From Candidatus Poribacteria bacterium (GTDB taxonomy: Bacteria; Poribacteria; WGA-4E; WGA-3G), in contig OZ251518.1 of the NCBI GenBank assembly GCA_965242965.1, forward strand, positions 3,232,001 through 3,296,000: a stretch of 64,000 bases of DNA, read 5' to 3'. The notes beneath the pieces were generated by a model, which saw only the letters and a list, made by a program, of their open reading frames with translations, made no database searches and was not told where the DNA came from. Position numbers and translations under genes: made by a program. Positions within the stretch are counted from its first letter, which is position 1. Each line of letters starts with the position of its first letter. Of the stretch, positions 18,063 through 28,377 are shown in pieces.

Positions 18063-19142
18063 ATGGCATTGAAAGTCGGCGTTGTGGGCATGAGCGGCAT
18101 CGGCAACAATCACGCAAACTGCCACGCCCAAGATGAATTAGCCGAACTCGTCGCAGTATGCGACATTGTGAAGGAACGCGCAGACACCGCAGCCGAACGC
18201 CTCGGCGTGAAGGCATACTATAGCCTCGCCGATATGATCGATGGCGAACCCGATTTGGACATTGTCGATGTCGGCACCGGAGGCAATGAAAACGGCAGCT
18301 GGCACTATGAACCGACGATGGAGGCTCTGGAGAACGGCAAGCACGTGCTGGTGGAAAAACCTATCTCCAACGACATCGGACAAGCGCGCGAGATGGTGGC
18401 GAAAGCTACTGAGCTGGATCTCTACCTCGGCTGCAACCTGAATCACTATTTCACGCCGCCCGCCGACCTGGCGAAGGAATATATTGACAACGGCCAGATC
18501 GGCGAGCAGGTCTACTGTTTGCACAAAATGGGGTTCGCCGGTGGGGAGTTCAACTATCAACCCTCCAAGGCACCGCGCTCGGACGGCTTCCCTTATTTCC
18601 ACGTGAAGGCGTTCCTGTCGCATCCGTTCAGCGTGATGCGCTATTTCTGCGGCGATGTGACGCACGTGCAGGCATTCATGGAACGTCCGCACTTCCGCAG
18701 ACGCGAGAACGATCTGATGGTATCGATTAACAGCATCCATCTCCGATTTGAGAACGGGTGCATCGGCTATCTGTTGAGTCAGCGGGGCGACGCGACGTTC
18801 GGACTCGGCGGCTGGTGGAGTGTTGAATTGGCTGGCACACGCGGCACGTTCTGTATTGAGAACTGCATCGAGAAGATTACGTTCTGGCCATCCCCCGGCG
18901 CACCGGAGAGTTCCGGCGAAGCGGTTGTCACTGAATCCGGCATTAGCGATTTCGGACAGACCTTTCCGTTGCGTATCCACGCGTTTTTAGAGGATATCAC
19001 CAACGGCGTGCCGAAGGAGAAGCTGCGCGCTTCTGGCAGAGATGCCCTCGCCGCGTTGGAATATACGTGGGCGGCAATTGAATCTTATGAACAAGGCGGC
19101 ATTCTGGTGCGGCCGCATCCGCTTCCGACATTGCATGGGTAG
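18063..19142 (+). CDS. Gfo/Idh/MocA family oxidoreductase
   Basis: VGVVGMSGIG, GKHVLVEKP. Confidence 0.85.
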   Translation: MALKVGVVGMSGIGNNHANCHAQDELAELVAVCDIVKERADTAAERLGVKAYYSLADMIDGEPDLDIVDVGTGGNENGSWHYEPTMEALENGKHVLVEKPISNDIGQAREMVAKATELDLYLGCNLNHYFTPPADLAKEYIDNGQIGEQVYCLHKMGFAGGEFNYQPSKAPRSDGFPYFHVKAFLSHPFSVMRYFCGDVTHVQAFMERPHFRRRENDLMVSINSIHLRFENGCIGYLLSQRGDATFGLGGWWSVELAGTRGTFCIENCIEKITFWPSPGAPESSGEAVVTESGISDFGQTFPLRIHAFLEDITNGVPKEKLRASGRDALAALEYTWAAIESYEQGGILVRPHPLPTLHG

Positions 19143-19312
19143 TCGCCAAATCCCAGGCGAACACGGGATGTCTATCTCCGCACAATACCAGATTGCCAGG
19201 GACGAAAGGGGGAACGGCCAGAGTGACAATGAAACATGTCGCTCTCAGAAACCCCCAAAATCCTGAAAATCTTGAAAATCCTGGTTCAGACAATTGAAAG
19301 GAGAAACCACAT

Positions 19313-20110
19313 TTGAAACTCGGAGCAAATTCAGTGCTGTTCGGCGGTTATGACATGGATACCGCGTTCAAGCACATCGCCATGGCTGGCTACGATGGCA
19401 TTGAACTTTCGGCAATCGATGGGATGAGCCAGCATCTCGTCCTCGCAAACTGGCAGGAACTCGCCGACGACATTAAACGCCTCGCCAAGGAATATGAGTT
19501 GGAGTTGTTGGCGATGGAGCAACCCTCTCGCGAGCCGGAGAAGATGGAGCTCGCATTCCAAGCAGCGGTTGAAATCGGGGTTCCGATTATTAACTGCGGA
19601 CCTGGGGGAGCGTCAGATGACGAGAGCAAATGGAACGAGGTTATCGATTCGTTGGGCAGTCTTTCGGCGCGGGCGGAACATTACGGCGTGACGCTGTGCG
19701 TCAAGGCGCATGTCGGTGCAAGCATCTATAACACGCCGACGACGCTGCGTGCAATGGAAGCGATTTCATCGGCAGCGTTTGGGGTTGACATGGATCCGTC
19801 GCATATCCATCGCGCCGGTGAAAATCCGGTAGAGGCAATCGCCGCGGTTATCTCGCGGGTGAAACATGTGCATATCCGTGATTGCAAAGGCACGCAGCGC
19901 GGTCCCGGTGCTCCGGAGCTTCAGGCGAATGGGCGCGGTGACATCGATCTGGTTGGGTATATCCGCGTGTTGCATGAAAACGGCTATACTGGCCCGCTGA
20001 ACCTTGAGGTTATCGGTGCGCGGGAATATAGCCTTGCGCAGTGTTGCACGATTGCCGCCGAATCGCGCGGGCACATGCAGGCGTGTTTGCAGGCGTGCGG
20101 CGCGCGTTAA
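19313..20110 (+). CDS. Sugar phosphate isomerase/epimerase (xylose-isomerase-like TIM barrel)
   Basis: GYDGIEL, DMDPSH, HVHIRD, GYTGPLNLE; RBS AAGGAG before TTG. Confidence 0.85.
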   Translation: MKLGANSVLFGGYDMDTAFKHIAMAGYDGIELSAIDGMSQHLVLANWQELADDIKRLAKEYELELLAMEQPSREPEKMELAFQAAVEIGVPIINCGPGGASDDESKWNEVIDSLGSLSARAEHYGVTLCVKAHVGASIYNTPTTLRAMEAISSAAFGVDMDPSHIHRAGENPVEAIAAVISRVKHVHIRDCKGTQRGPGAPELQANGRGDIDLVGYIRVLHENGYTGPLNLEVIGAREYSLAQCCTIAAESRGHMQACLQACGAR

Positions 20111-20165
20111 TCCGCGTAATGTTGCAAAACGCGAACAGGGTCTGCGCGATGTTTGACAGTTAAGT

Positions 20166-20619
20166 GAGGGTGTTTCATAAATCGTTCAACGTCGCGGTGC
20201 CAGGCTCCCGCGCGCTACGATAAAAAACGCCTGTCCCTCATCGTAGGGCGAGGGCCTGTCCCTCGCCAGCGTCCGCGCACCAGGCCCTGTAGTTCGGGAT
20301 CGCCTGATCCCGACCCGTTTGTGATCAGGCGATCACAAACTACAGAGGTGGAAACACACATCATGACGATGGAGCTCGCGGGGGACAGGCCCCCGCGCTA
20401 CGATAAAAAACGCCTGTCCCTCATCGTAGGGCGAGGGCCTGTCCCTCGCCAGCGTCCGCGCAATCCAACGCTCGCGGGGGAAACCCGCTCGGATGCGCGT
20501 GTGGCATCCGAGGGCCCCCGCACTACGGGAACATCGAGACCAGGAGGTCTCTCCTACGGTGGTGCATCGAGACCAGGAGGTCTCTCCTACGGTATTGCAT
20601 CGAAATATGAAACACCCTC
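20166..20619. mobile_element. MITE-like element with 14-bp TIRs carrying REP hairpins
   Basis: GAGGGTGTTTCATA..TATGAAACACCCTC flanked by 8-bp direct repeat AGTTAAGT. Confidence 0.85.
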
Positions 20620-20660
20620 AGTTAAGTTCTAGCGTGCGTTGAAAAACGCGGAGCCAACAG

Positions 20661-21854
20661 ATGCGTAATCAACACATTCTTCTACAATCAGAAAACCGAG
20701 AGCAGGGCGGCCTCCTCCAGCAGATCACCGACTTCTGCAGGCTGCTGCGGCAGATGGGTGTGAACGTCAGCACCACGAATCAACTCAGTTGGTGCAGGAG
20801 CGTGCAGTTGATTGACATCGGCGAGCGTGAGGCGTTCTATCACACGGCGCGCACGAACCTCATCGCGACAGCGGCGGACCGGGCGGTGTTTGACACGGCT
20901 TTCGACTTGTTCTGGCAACACCCGCGTCCTGAATCCCAAGCCGTTGATACCGAAGGCGACGAAACTGAACCGCTATCCTTGCAAGAGCTCGCCGATGAGG
21001 CAACTAAAGAAAACATCGTTGAGCAGTGGCTGGATTTTGAGGAAGACTCGGACGAAGAGGGGACAGACGAGGATGCCATCGCCTATAGCGCGGAGGAAGT
21101 GCTGACGCGGAAGGATTTCAGCGAATTCACGGAGGCGGATATGGCGACTGCGCAGGAGATTGTCGCCAAATTGGCGGCACTCCTCGCCACAAAACTGAGC
21201 CGTCGAAAGGTAACGGGCGGCAAAGGACGCACCATTGATTTCCGACAAAGTTGGCGGAAAAACCTCGCGCACGGCGGTGAACCGCTGGAGCTCATTCGGA
21301 AACGGCAGAAGATTAAGAAAACCAAGATTCTCCTCCTCTGTGATGTCAGTGGTTCTATGGATTGCTACGCCAAGTTCCTCATCCAGTTTATTTACGGGAT
21401 GCAACAAGAACTGCGAGAGGTTGAGGTGGCAGTCTTCAGCACGCATCTGACGAATATCACCGGGCTCCTCCGCCGCAAAGGGTTAGCGGCGGGGTTGAAT
21501 GAAGTGGCAAACGTCGTGCCGGATTGGGCTGGCGGAACGAAAATAGGCGAAAGTCTGCTGACGTTTTATCGGCAGTTCGCGCCGTCGTTCTCTGCCTATC
21601 GTTCTGTCGTGATTCTCATTAGCGATGGCTGGGATAGGGGCGACGCGGAGGTGCTACGCCGCGCAATGGAGATGCTTCACCGGCACGCTTACCGGTTGAT
21701 ATGGCTCAATCCGTTGCTCGGCAGTGAAGGGTATCAGCCGATTTGTCGCGGGATTCGGACAGCGTTGCCTTACGTAGATTATTTCCTCCCGGCGCACAAT
21801 TTGGAGAGCCTCGCGAAGTTGACGAAAGTGCTACTCCCACTCTGGGCAAAGTGA
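20661..21854 (+). CDS. CoxE-like VWA domain protein
   Basis: LLCDVSGSM MIDAS, WAGGTKIG, ILISDGWD, WLNPL. Confidence 0.85.
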   Translation: MRNQHILLQSENREQGGLLQQITDFCRLLRQMGVNVSTTNQLSWCRSVQLIDIGEREAFYHTARTNLIATAADRAVFDTAFDLFWQHPRPESQAVDTEGDETEPLSLQELADEATKENIVEQWLDFEEDSDEEGTDEDAIAYSAEEVLTRKDFSEFTEADMATAQEIVAKLAALLATKLSRRKVTGGKGRTIDFRQSWRKNLAHGGEPLELIRKRQKIKKTKILLLCDVSGSMDCYAKFLIQFIYGMQQELREVEVAVFSTHLTNITGLLRRKGLAAGLNEVANVVPDWAGGTKIGESLLTFYRQFAPSFSAYRSVVILISDGWDRGDAEVLRRAMEMLHRHAYRLIWLNPLLGSEGYQPICRGIRTALPYVDYFLPAHNLESLAKLTKVLLPLWAK

Positions 21855-21929
21855 TGGATGGTTGATAGCGAATGAACCTCTGTAGTTTGAGGGCACCCGA
21901 GTTCAACCAGGTCAGATGAAGATTAGGTG

Positions 21930-22390
21930 CGGTATCGGGACAAGGATGTCCCGCCTACGAGGGATGCGGTATCGGGACAGGGATGTCCCTCCTACGGGGG
22001 ATGCGGCGAGCCGTAGGAGAGACCTCCTGGTCTCGATGCAATAGGGCGGCGCACCTACCGGGGCCGCGGCGGCAGAAAGCCTCTTTGAAAAAACGTCTCT
22101 TAGGTCCGTAGGACCTTAATGTCTATAGCACGGGTGCCCGCGAAGAACCCTAAGGTCCTTTAGGTCCTTAATAGATTTTGACACGCCGCGCGTGTTTTTA
22201 TTAAGGACCTAAAGGACCTTGAAAACGGGACAACACGTTTTTCTATAGACATTAAGGACCTAAAGGACCTAAAATGCCCCTCTTGCCGATGGAGCTCGCG
22301 GGGGACAGACAACCGTGCTACGGGAAAATCAAGATCGGGAGGTTTCTCCTACCGGGAAGAAATCAAGACCAGGAAGGCCTCCTACCGGGG
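21930..22390. repeat. Mixed repeat cluster (GTATCGGGACAAGGATGTCCCTCCTAC, REP hairpins, AGGACCTAAAGGACCT units)
   Basis: Units recur at several intergenic sites, e.g. 49.2-49.7 and 54.8-56.2 kb. Confidence 0.75.
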
Positions 22391-22406
22391 ATGAGGAAAC
22401 TAAACT

Positions 22407-23537
22407 ATGCAAATCCAAGCGGCGGTAATGCTCCAACCGGGGCAAATAGAAATCCGCGAATTTGAGAAACCGACACCGACAGACGATGCTTTTCTACTGC
22501 ATGTTGATAACGTCGGCATTTGCGGCAGCGATAAGCACATGTATCTCGGCCACACGGCACTGAAATTCCCCGTGATACCGGGGCACGAAGTCGTTGGCAC
22601 CGTGGCGGAGATAGGAAGACATGCCAACCAGACGATGAACGTGATGGGCGGTCCTGTCAAAGATGGCGATAAGGTTACCGTCGTGCCGGGCTCTAAAAAC
22701 TGCGCCAAATGCTACTACTGTCTCCGCGTCCCCGGCCGCCCGACGCTCTGCACCGGACGCACGATTTATGGATTTAGCAACTGCGAAACCGCGCCCTATC
22801 TGACTGGCGAATTCTCGGAGTATACCTACATTCACGGGAACTCCTGGGTCTACAAGATACCGGACAGCGTCCCGATGGAGATTTCGGTGTTGACAGAGCC
22901 GGTTGCGGTTGCCACGCGCGCGGTTGAACGCGCCTTTTCGCCGGGGCTCCCGCATATCGGCGATGGGTTCGGCATCGGGAGCCGCGTCGCGGTGCTCGGT
23001 TGCGGCCCGATCGGGTTGCTCGTCATCGCGGTGTTGCGGGATAGCGGTGCCGGCACTATCATCGCCACAGATGTCGTGGATAGCCGCTTGGAGATGGCGA
23101 AGCAGATGGGAGCCGATGTGGCAATCAGCGTCGCCGAAACTACGCCTGAAGAGCGTGTGGAACAGATTCAGGCACTCACGGACGGGGTCGGTGTGGATAT
23201 TGCGATGGAGTGCGCGGGCATCCCCGCGGTTTTCTCGGAAGCACTTGATGTCATCCGGCGCGGTGGGAAAATCGTGGAAGTCGGGCACTATACCGATTCT
23301 GGTGATACGCGTGTGCGGCCGCACCAAATTTGCAACAAAGACGCGGATATCTGCGGCGTATGGGCATATCCGCAAATTCAGTTCCAAACAGCCTTGGATT
23401 TCCTCCAGCGGACGCGCGCGCCGTTGCAGGAACTCATCACGCATCACTTGCCGTTGCATCAGTTGGAAGCAGGCATTGACATGCTTGGCCAAGAAGGCGT
23501 TTACAAAGTGGTAATTGCCCCGCATGCAAGTGCCTGA
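22407..23537 (+). CDS. Zinc-binding medium-chain alcohol/sugar dehydrogenase
   Basis: GICGSD, PGHE, CAKCYYC..C, VLGCGPIG. Confidence 0.9.
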   Translation: MQIQAAVMLQPGQIEIREFEKPTPTDDAFLLHVDNVGICGSDKHMYLGHTALKFPVIPGHEVVGTVAEIGRHANQTMNVMGGPVKDGDKVTVVPGSKNCAKCYYCLRVPGRPTLCTGRTIYGFSNCETAPYLTGEFSEYTYIHGNSWVYKIPDSVPMEISVLTEPVAVATRAVERAFSPGLPHIGDGFGIGSRVAVLGCGPIGLLVIAVLRDSGAGTIIATDVVDSRLEMAKQMGADVAISVAETTPEERVEQIQALTDGVGVDIAMECAGIPAVFSEALDVIRRGGKIVEVGHYTDSGDTRVRPHQICNKDADICGVWAYPQIQFQTALDFLQRTRAPLQELITHHLPLHQLEAGIDMLGQEGVYKVVIAPHASA

Positions 23538-23567
23538 GTTAACAGACTTCGTATCGCGGGGGACAGG

Positions 23568-23863
23568 CCCCCGCGATCTTAATTGTCTGAAGCAGGATTT
23601 CCAAGATTTCCAAGATTTACAGGATTATCTCCTGCGCAACGAGCATGCTTTTTTTAATGGATGCCTCTTCAGGTCCTTTAGGTCCTGCATGTCTATAGAA
23701 AAACAGGGTTTCCGTAGTTTTCAAGGTCCGTTAGGACCTTAATGGAAATGGGAGCTAAGCAAGTCAAGGCACATTAAGGACCTAAAGGACCTTAGGTTCA
23801 TCGTGTCGCACGGTGCTATAGACATTAAGGTCTTACAGACTTAAAGTCCCGAGCGGAAACGCC
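23568..23863. repeat. ~300-bp composite non-coding module (island A left module)
   Basis: Homologous to 55318-55612 and 55864-56122 (GATCTTAATTGTCTGAAGCAGG..GGATGCCTCTTCAGGTCCTTTAGG..GACATTAAGG). Confidence 0.85.
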
Positions 23864-23872
23864 ACGGTTACC

Positions 23873-24450
23873 GTAGCGCGGGGGCCTCTCCCCCGCGAGT
23901 GTTCGATCCAAACGAAAAACGCCGCTTGGAACGTAGCGCGGGGGCCTGTCCCCCGCGATCTCTCCCAAAACGAAAAACGTCCGCAGCCCAGAGACCACGG
24001 ACGTTTGCTGTTAAGACCGGCGCATGGCGAGGGACAGGCCCTCGCCCTACGCGGGAAGGCGGGGTGTTTTAGGTGACGTAGCGCGGGGGCCTGTCCCCCG
24101 CGAACGTTCATTTGTCTGAATCAGGATTTGCAAGATTAGCAAGATCTACAGGATGAAAATCTCCGCGTTTCCAAGGCCCTGCTGTGCAGCGGCAAAACGC
24201 CACGGTTACCGTAGCGCGGGGGCCTGTCCCCCGCGATCCCTCAAACAAAACGAAAACCGTCCGCAGCCCGGAGGCCACGGACGGTTTCTGTGCCACCCTA
24301 GGCACAGCGAGGGACAGACCCGCGCCCTACGGTTCGAGCGGAGTGGCTTGATGCATCGCGAGGGACAAGCGTAGGATAGACCTCCCGGTCTCAATGCACA
24401 CCCTAGGGGCGGCTCAATGCATCGCGAGGGACAGCCCCGCGCCCTACAGG
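23873..24450. repeat. REPIN-like array
   Basis: GTAGCGCGGGGGCCTGTCCCCCGCG..CGAAAAACGTCCGCAGCCC..GGCGAGGGACAGGCCCTCGCCCTAC inverted pairs. Confidence 0.85.
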
Positions 24451-24503
24451 CATGGAGCGTAGTTAGTCCCGCGAAGTCCTCAAAACAGCGCGCAACTCAG
24501 AAC

Positions 24504-24938
24504 TCATTTAAACTTCACAGTGAAAGCGACCATGCTCTCCTTCTGGACTCCCATCTGGACATCAAGAACCTCTCCTGATATCCCTCTGAAGCCAAGCCCA
24601 ACAAAAGTGGATTTGGGAAGGCTAACCGTGAGCTCCTGAACCCCTAATTCCTTTGCCTGTTCAATAATTTCGAGAATGTTCTCGGTGTCGGTAGGTTTAG
24701 GTTTGGTAAGTTGCCGTAAACCCTTGCCAACCAAAGACTGTCCTTTCCCTGCCAAAAATCTGAAGGGAGAACTGACTAGGGACACACCGACGGGTAATAC
24801 GGATACTGAAGCCATCGCTAATTTCACTAAAGCCCTTCTAGGCTTCTTAGTGGCATCAGGACTTTCTTCATCTGCCTGAACGGTTGACTCATAGTCAACT
24901 TTGGCGATGCCGTCTTTATCAACTTGAATTATAGACAT
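24504..24938 (-). CDS. Hypothetical protein, lower GC
   Basis: Open frame with AAGGAG upstream of ATG 24938; no recognisable domain. Confidence 0.55.
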   Translation of the reverse strand: MSIIQVDKDGIAKVDYESTVQADEESPDATKKPRRALVKLAMASVSVLPVGVSLVSSPFRFLAGKGQSLVGKGLRQLTKPKPTDTENILEIIEQAKELGVQELTVSLPKSTFVGLGFRGISGEVLDVQMGVQKESMVAFTVKFK

Positions 24939-25003
24939 TTCATGCTCCTTTTTCAGAGGATGGAAGATGGACGGATGCAAAAATCCGCCCATATCCAAAT
25001 GGC

Positions 25004-26827
25004 TCACTTTCGTATCACCATCTTCCGCGTCGCTGAAAAATCACCCGCCGTGAGCGTGTAGAAATACACGCCACTTGCAACAGGCTCATTCAACGCATTC
25101 CGGCCATCCCAATACGCCGCACGGCCCTTCGTTTGGTAAATGCCGGCAGGCCGCTGCCCTAACTCCAGCGTGCGAACCAACTTCCCATCCGAGGCATGGA
25201 TGGAGACTTGAATTTCCGCTGCTTCCGCCAATTCATAAGGGATCCACGTCTCCGGATTAAACGGATTTGGATAGTTGGCAAGCAGTACCGTCGCTTCCGG
25301 CTTCAAACTTGCAAGCAGTTGCTCCAGCACGACAAGCCCGCGCTGATACGCTGGTGTGGTGAGTGCCAACGCCTGCGCCTGTGCTACCCAACCCGCAACA
25401 TCTGCCGCCACGAGCACCTCGCGTCCCCCCGCCTGAACAGCAGGTGCACCGGCACCACCGAAGGCCCCTGCAACTAGCACCAAATCCTGAATGTTAACAA
25501 CACCATCGCCGTTCACATCCGCGACGTGCTCACCCGTTTTCCCGAACTGACCGGCAATCAGCACCAAATCCTGAATGTTGACAACACCATCCCCATTCAC
25601 ATCCGCGACGTTGTCAAATTCCACCTCTATCCCCTTCGCCTGCAACGCGGGAATATGCGTGTAGAGAGAGGCATAACTGAGCGGGCAGCCCTTAAGGCGC
25701 AGCCCAATGCTGTCCCAAATTATTCCGGGCAGACTCAACCCTAGCAAAGGCGACACATCCGAGACATCGGTGTCGTTGAGCCACAGCCGCGTCAAGTTTG
25801 TGAGACTTGCCAGCGGCGAGATATCCGAGACAGCGGTGCCGCCGAGACCCAGCCACCCCAAGTTTGTGAGTCCTGCCAGCGCCGAGATATCCGAGACGGC
25901 GGTGCCGTCGAGATACAGCCTCTCCAAGTTTGTGAGGTTTTCCAGCACCCCGATATCCGAAACGGCGGTGCCGCTGAGAGTCAGCCCCTTCAAGTTTGTG
26001 AGGTTTTCCAGCACCCCGATATCCGAAACGGCGGTGTCGCCGAGACCCAGCCCCTCCAAGTTTGTGAGGTTTTCCAGCACCCCGATATCCGAAACGGCGG
26101 TGTTGCCGAGACCCAGCGCCACCAAGTTTGTGAGGTTTTCCAGCACCCCGATATCCGAGACATCGGTTCTGCTGAGCCACAGCCCCTCCAAGTTTGTGAG
26201 GTTTTCCAGTGCCCCGATATCCGAAACGGCGGTGTCGCTGAGATCCAGCGTCTCCAAGTTTGTGAGGTTTTCCAGCACCCCGATATCCGAAACGGCGGTG
26301 TCGTAGAGCCACAGCCCCTCCAAGTTTGTGAGGCTTGCCAGCGGCGACACATCCGAGACGGCGGTGCCGGCGAGACCCAACTCCGTCAAGTTTGTGAGAC
26401 TTGCCAGCGGCGACACATCCGAGACGGTGGCGTAGATGAGAACCAGGTACTCCAAGTTTGTGAGGCTTGCCAGCGGCGACACATCCGAGACGGCGGTGCC
26501 GGCGAGACCCAACTCCGTCAAGTTTGTGAGACTTGCCAGCGGCGACACATCCGAGACGGCGGTGCCGGTGAGATCCAGGTCCGTCAAGTTAACTGCATGC
26601 TCCAGCCCGGTGAGATCTGCTATCTCCGTGTAAGTTGCCTTAAGCTTCGTTAACTTGCGCATCGCATCCACCGTGAGTGCTGCACCTGCCGGCAGTTCAA
26701 GGCGTGCGCGGATGGCCGCTGCTAACTCGGCATCCGGAATAGAAACCTCTGCTTGCACGGGCGGCGCGGTTAACTGCGCCAAGGCAGTTAACACCAGGGT
26801 CAAAGTTAAAAGCGTTAATCTTTTCAT
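25004..26827 (-). CDS. Secreted internalin-like LRR protein with dockerin and FlgD/T9SS-type C-terminal domain
   Basis: Signal peptide; IPDAELAAAIR cap; 22-aa LTNLxxLxLxxTAVSD repeats; DVNGDGVVNIQDLV twice; LLANYPNPFNPETWIPY..WDGRN..SGVYFY. Confidence 0.9.
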   Translation of the reverse strand: MKRLTLLTLTLVLTALAQLTAPPVQAEVSIPDAELAAAIRARLELPAGAALTVDAMRKLTKLKATYTEIADLTGLEHAVNLTDLDLTGTAVSDVSPLASLTNLTELGLAGTAVSDVSPLASLTNLEYLVLIYATVSDVSPLASLTNLTELGLAGTAVSDVSPLASLTNLEGLWLYDTAVSDIGVLENLTNLETLDLSDTAVSDIGALENLTNLEGLWLSRTDVSDIGVLENLTNLVALGLGNTAVSDIGVLENLTNLEGLGLGDTAVSDIGVLENLTNLKGLTLSGTAVSDIGVLENLTNLERLYLDGTAVSDISALAGLTNLGWLGLGGTAVSDISPLASLTNLTRLWLNDTDVSDVSPLLGLSLPGIIWDSIGLRLKGCPLSYASLYTHIPALQAKGIEVEFDNVADVNGDGVVNIQDLVLIAGQFGKTGEHVADVNGDGVVNIQDLVLVAGAFGGAGAPAVQAGGREVLVAADVAGWVAQAQALALTTPAYQRGLVVLEQLLASLKPEATVLLANYPNPFNPETWIPYELAEAAEIQVSIHASDGKLVRTLELGQRPAGIYQTKGRAAYWDGRNALNEPVASGVYFYTLTAGDFSATRKMVIRK

Positions 26828-26954
26828 TTCGATTTCTCCTTTTGTGTATCGGGACCGGGAGGTCCCTCCTACTGAAGAGGGTGGATATCAACATCCGCCC
26901 TCATTTGGATTTCAATGCACGGCGAGGGACAGGCCCTCGCCCTACGGTAACTCA

Positions 26955-27204
26955 CCGGTATGCGCGGTTTGCAACTGCGCCTACGGAGGTTGTGTGCGAG
27001 CTCGTGTGCCCGCACATGTCTTGGCTGTCTGAATCAGGATTTACAGGATTATAGGATTTCCAAGATGAGGGAGTCTCTTGTCATCGTAGACCCTCTGTCG
27101 CGGTAGGAGCGATTTCCTCATCACGATTTCTACGAGACGCGTTTTGGCTAAGCGCGCTCCTAATCCTGTCATGCCTATAATCTTGTGAATCCTGATTCGG
27201 ACAA
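26955..27204. repeat. ~250-bp composite module (island A middle module) with ~30-bp inverted repeats
   Basis: Homologous over its whole length to 57751-58002; GTCTGAATCAGGATTTACAGGATTATAGG..CCTATAATCTTGTGAATCCTGATTCGGAC. Confidence 0.85.
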
Positions 27205-27322
27205 TAAGTCCCTGATTCTAGACTCAGATGATGTTGGCCTGAGGCCGCGCGGCAAACAACATAGGATTGCCTGAGTTGCATAATCCTCGCCTATCCAGAA
27301 CATTTCGGAGACATTCAGTCTG

Positions 27323-28309
27323 TCACAGGATAGATCTAAGGATGCTCCGAACAGTTGACAACACGTCTTTTCCAACTTTCACCGCTTTGAATGCCCGCCG
27401 GAACGTTGAGGTGTCCATGCCGTTTCGTAAATCGTCTACTGCTTCGGCAATTTTCTTCATCCTATACTTTGCCATTGCTCGATTGAAGTAGGCACTGAGC
27501 TCCCTATACCCAGACTCATCAATCACTTTGTTATAAAGGTTGATTGCATCCCAGGTGTACCCCTCTTCAAGTTTCACATTTGCTAGCGAGATTAAGACAC
27601 AAGAATTTATTGGCCTTTCTCCAATCTGGGAAAGTCCAACTGTTTCCCACTCACGCCAGCTATTGAGATGATTTGCACGAGTGACCCAACCCAATGGAAT
27701 TTCCGGAATGAGAGGGACATCAACTACGCCTCGCAAAGAGACACCTATGACTTCACCGTACTCGTTTAGGACGGGGCCACCGCTGCTCCTACGCCGAACT
27801 GGGGCTTTCACAAAGAATTCCTGTGAGTCACAACCTGCCGTTCCGCGGATTTTGCCTTCCACAAGAGAACCTTCTTCACTGTCGCCCTTCCTGTTGACCG
27901 CAGCATAAACCCAAACCCTTTGTTGCGGCTCAATGGAATCGTTGTCGACTGGAGAAAGGAATGTGCCCCCAATATCGGTAACCTTAATATCGGTAACCCT
28001 TAAAACGGCTAAATCACGTTGCGGATTAATAGCAATGGCATTCTCAGCAAGGCTGAGCCCCGTTCCGGTTGCGAAATGCCGCGCCGCAATCCGGTGGGCT
28101 CCGTGGAGAACGTGATAGTTGGTAACAATCACGTTGTCTTCTATAAAGAAGCCGCTACGGAAACCGAGATTCGTTTTTATCAACACCGTAGAGTTTAACG
28201 CGGCGTTGCGTCTACTCTCGGATGGTAATGCATTTTCTACAGCCATTATGCACAACAGAAGAAGTGCCAGAACTGTGAAACGCAGGCATAATTTGTTCGC
28301 ATGTTTCAT
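27323..28309 (-). CDS. Secreted trypsin-like (S1) serine protease with C-terminal TPR
   Basis: Signal peptide; VTNYHV (His), DLAVL (Asp), SSGGPVLN (Ser); AYFNRAMAKY TPR. Confidence 0.8.
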   Translation of the reverse strand: MKHANKLCLRFTVLALLLLCIMAVENALPSESRRNAALNSTVLIKTNLGFRSGFFIEDNVIVTNYHVLHGAHRIAARHFATGTGLSLAENAIAINPQRDLAVLRVTDIKVTDIGGTFLSPVDNDSIEPQQRVWVYAAVNRKGDSEEGSLVEGKIRGTAGCDSQEFFVKAPVRRRSSGGPVLNEYGEVIGVSLRGVVDVPLIPEIPLGWVTRANHLNSWREWETVGLSQIGERPINSCVLISLANVKLEEGYTWDAINLYNKVIDESGYRELSAYFNRAMAKYRMKKIAEAVDDLRNGMDTSTFRRAFKAVKVGKDVLSTVRSILRSIL

Positions 28310-28377
28310 TTTTTGTGAATTCCTCGCTGTAGGTTAGGAGTACAGGCGGATATCGAAAGCCGCCCATACCTTGGATA

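Noticed and set aside
25692-26352. Long alternative-frame and antisense ORFs over the LRR array
   Set aside because: Consequence of stop-free 66-bp tandem repeats
26955-27204. Integron attC sites in the scaffold modules
   Set aside because: No RYYYAAC..GTTRRRY box pairs recognised and no intI gene
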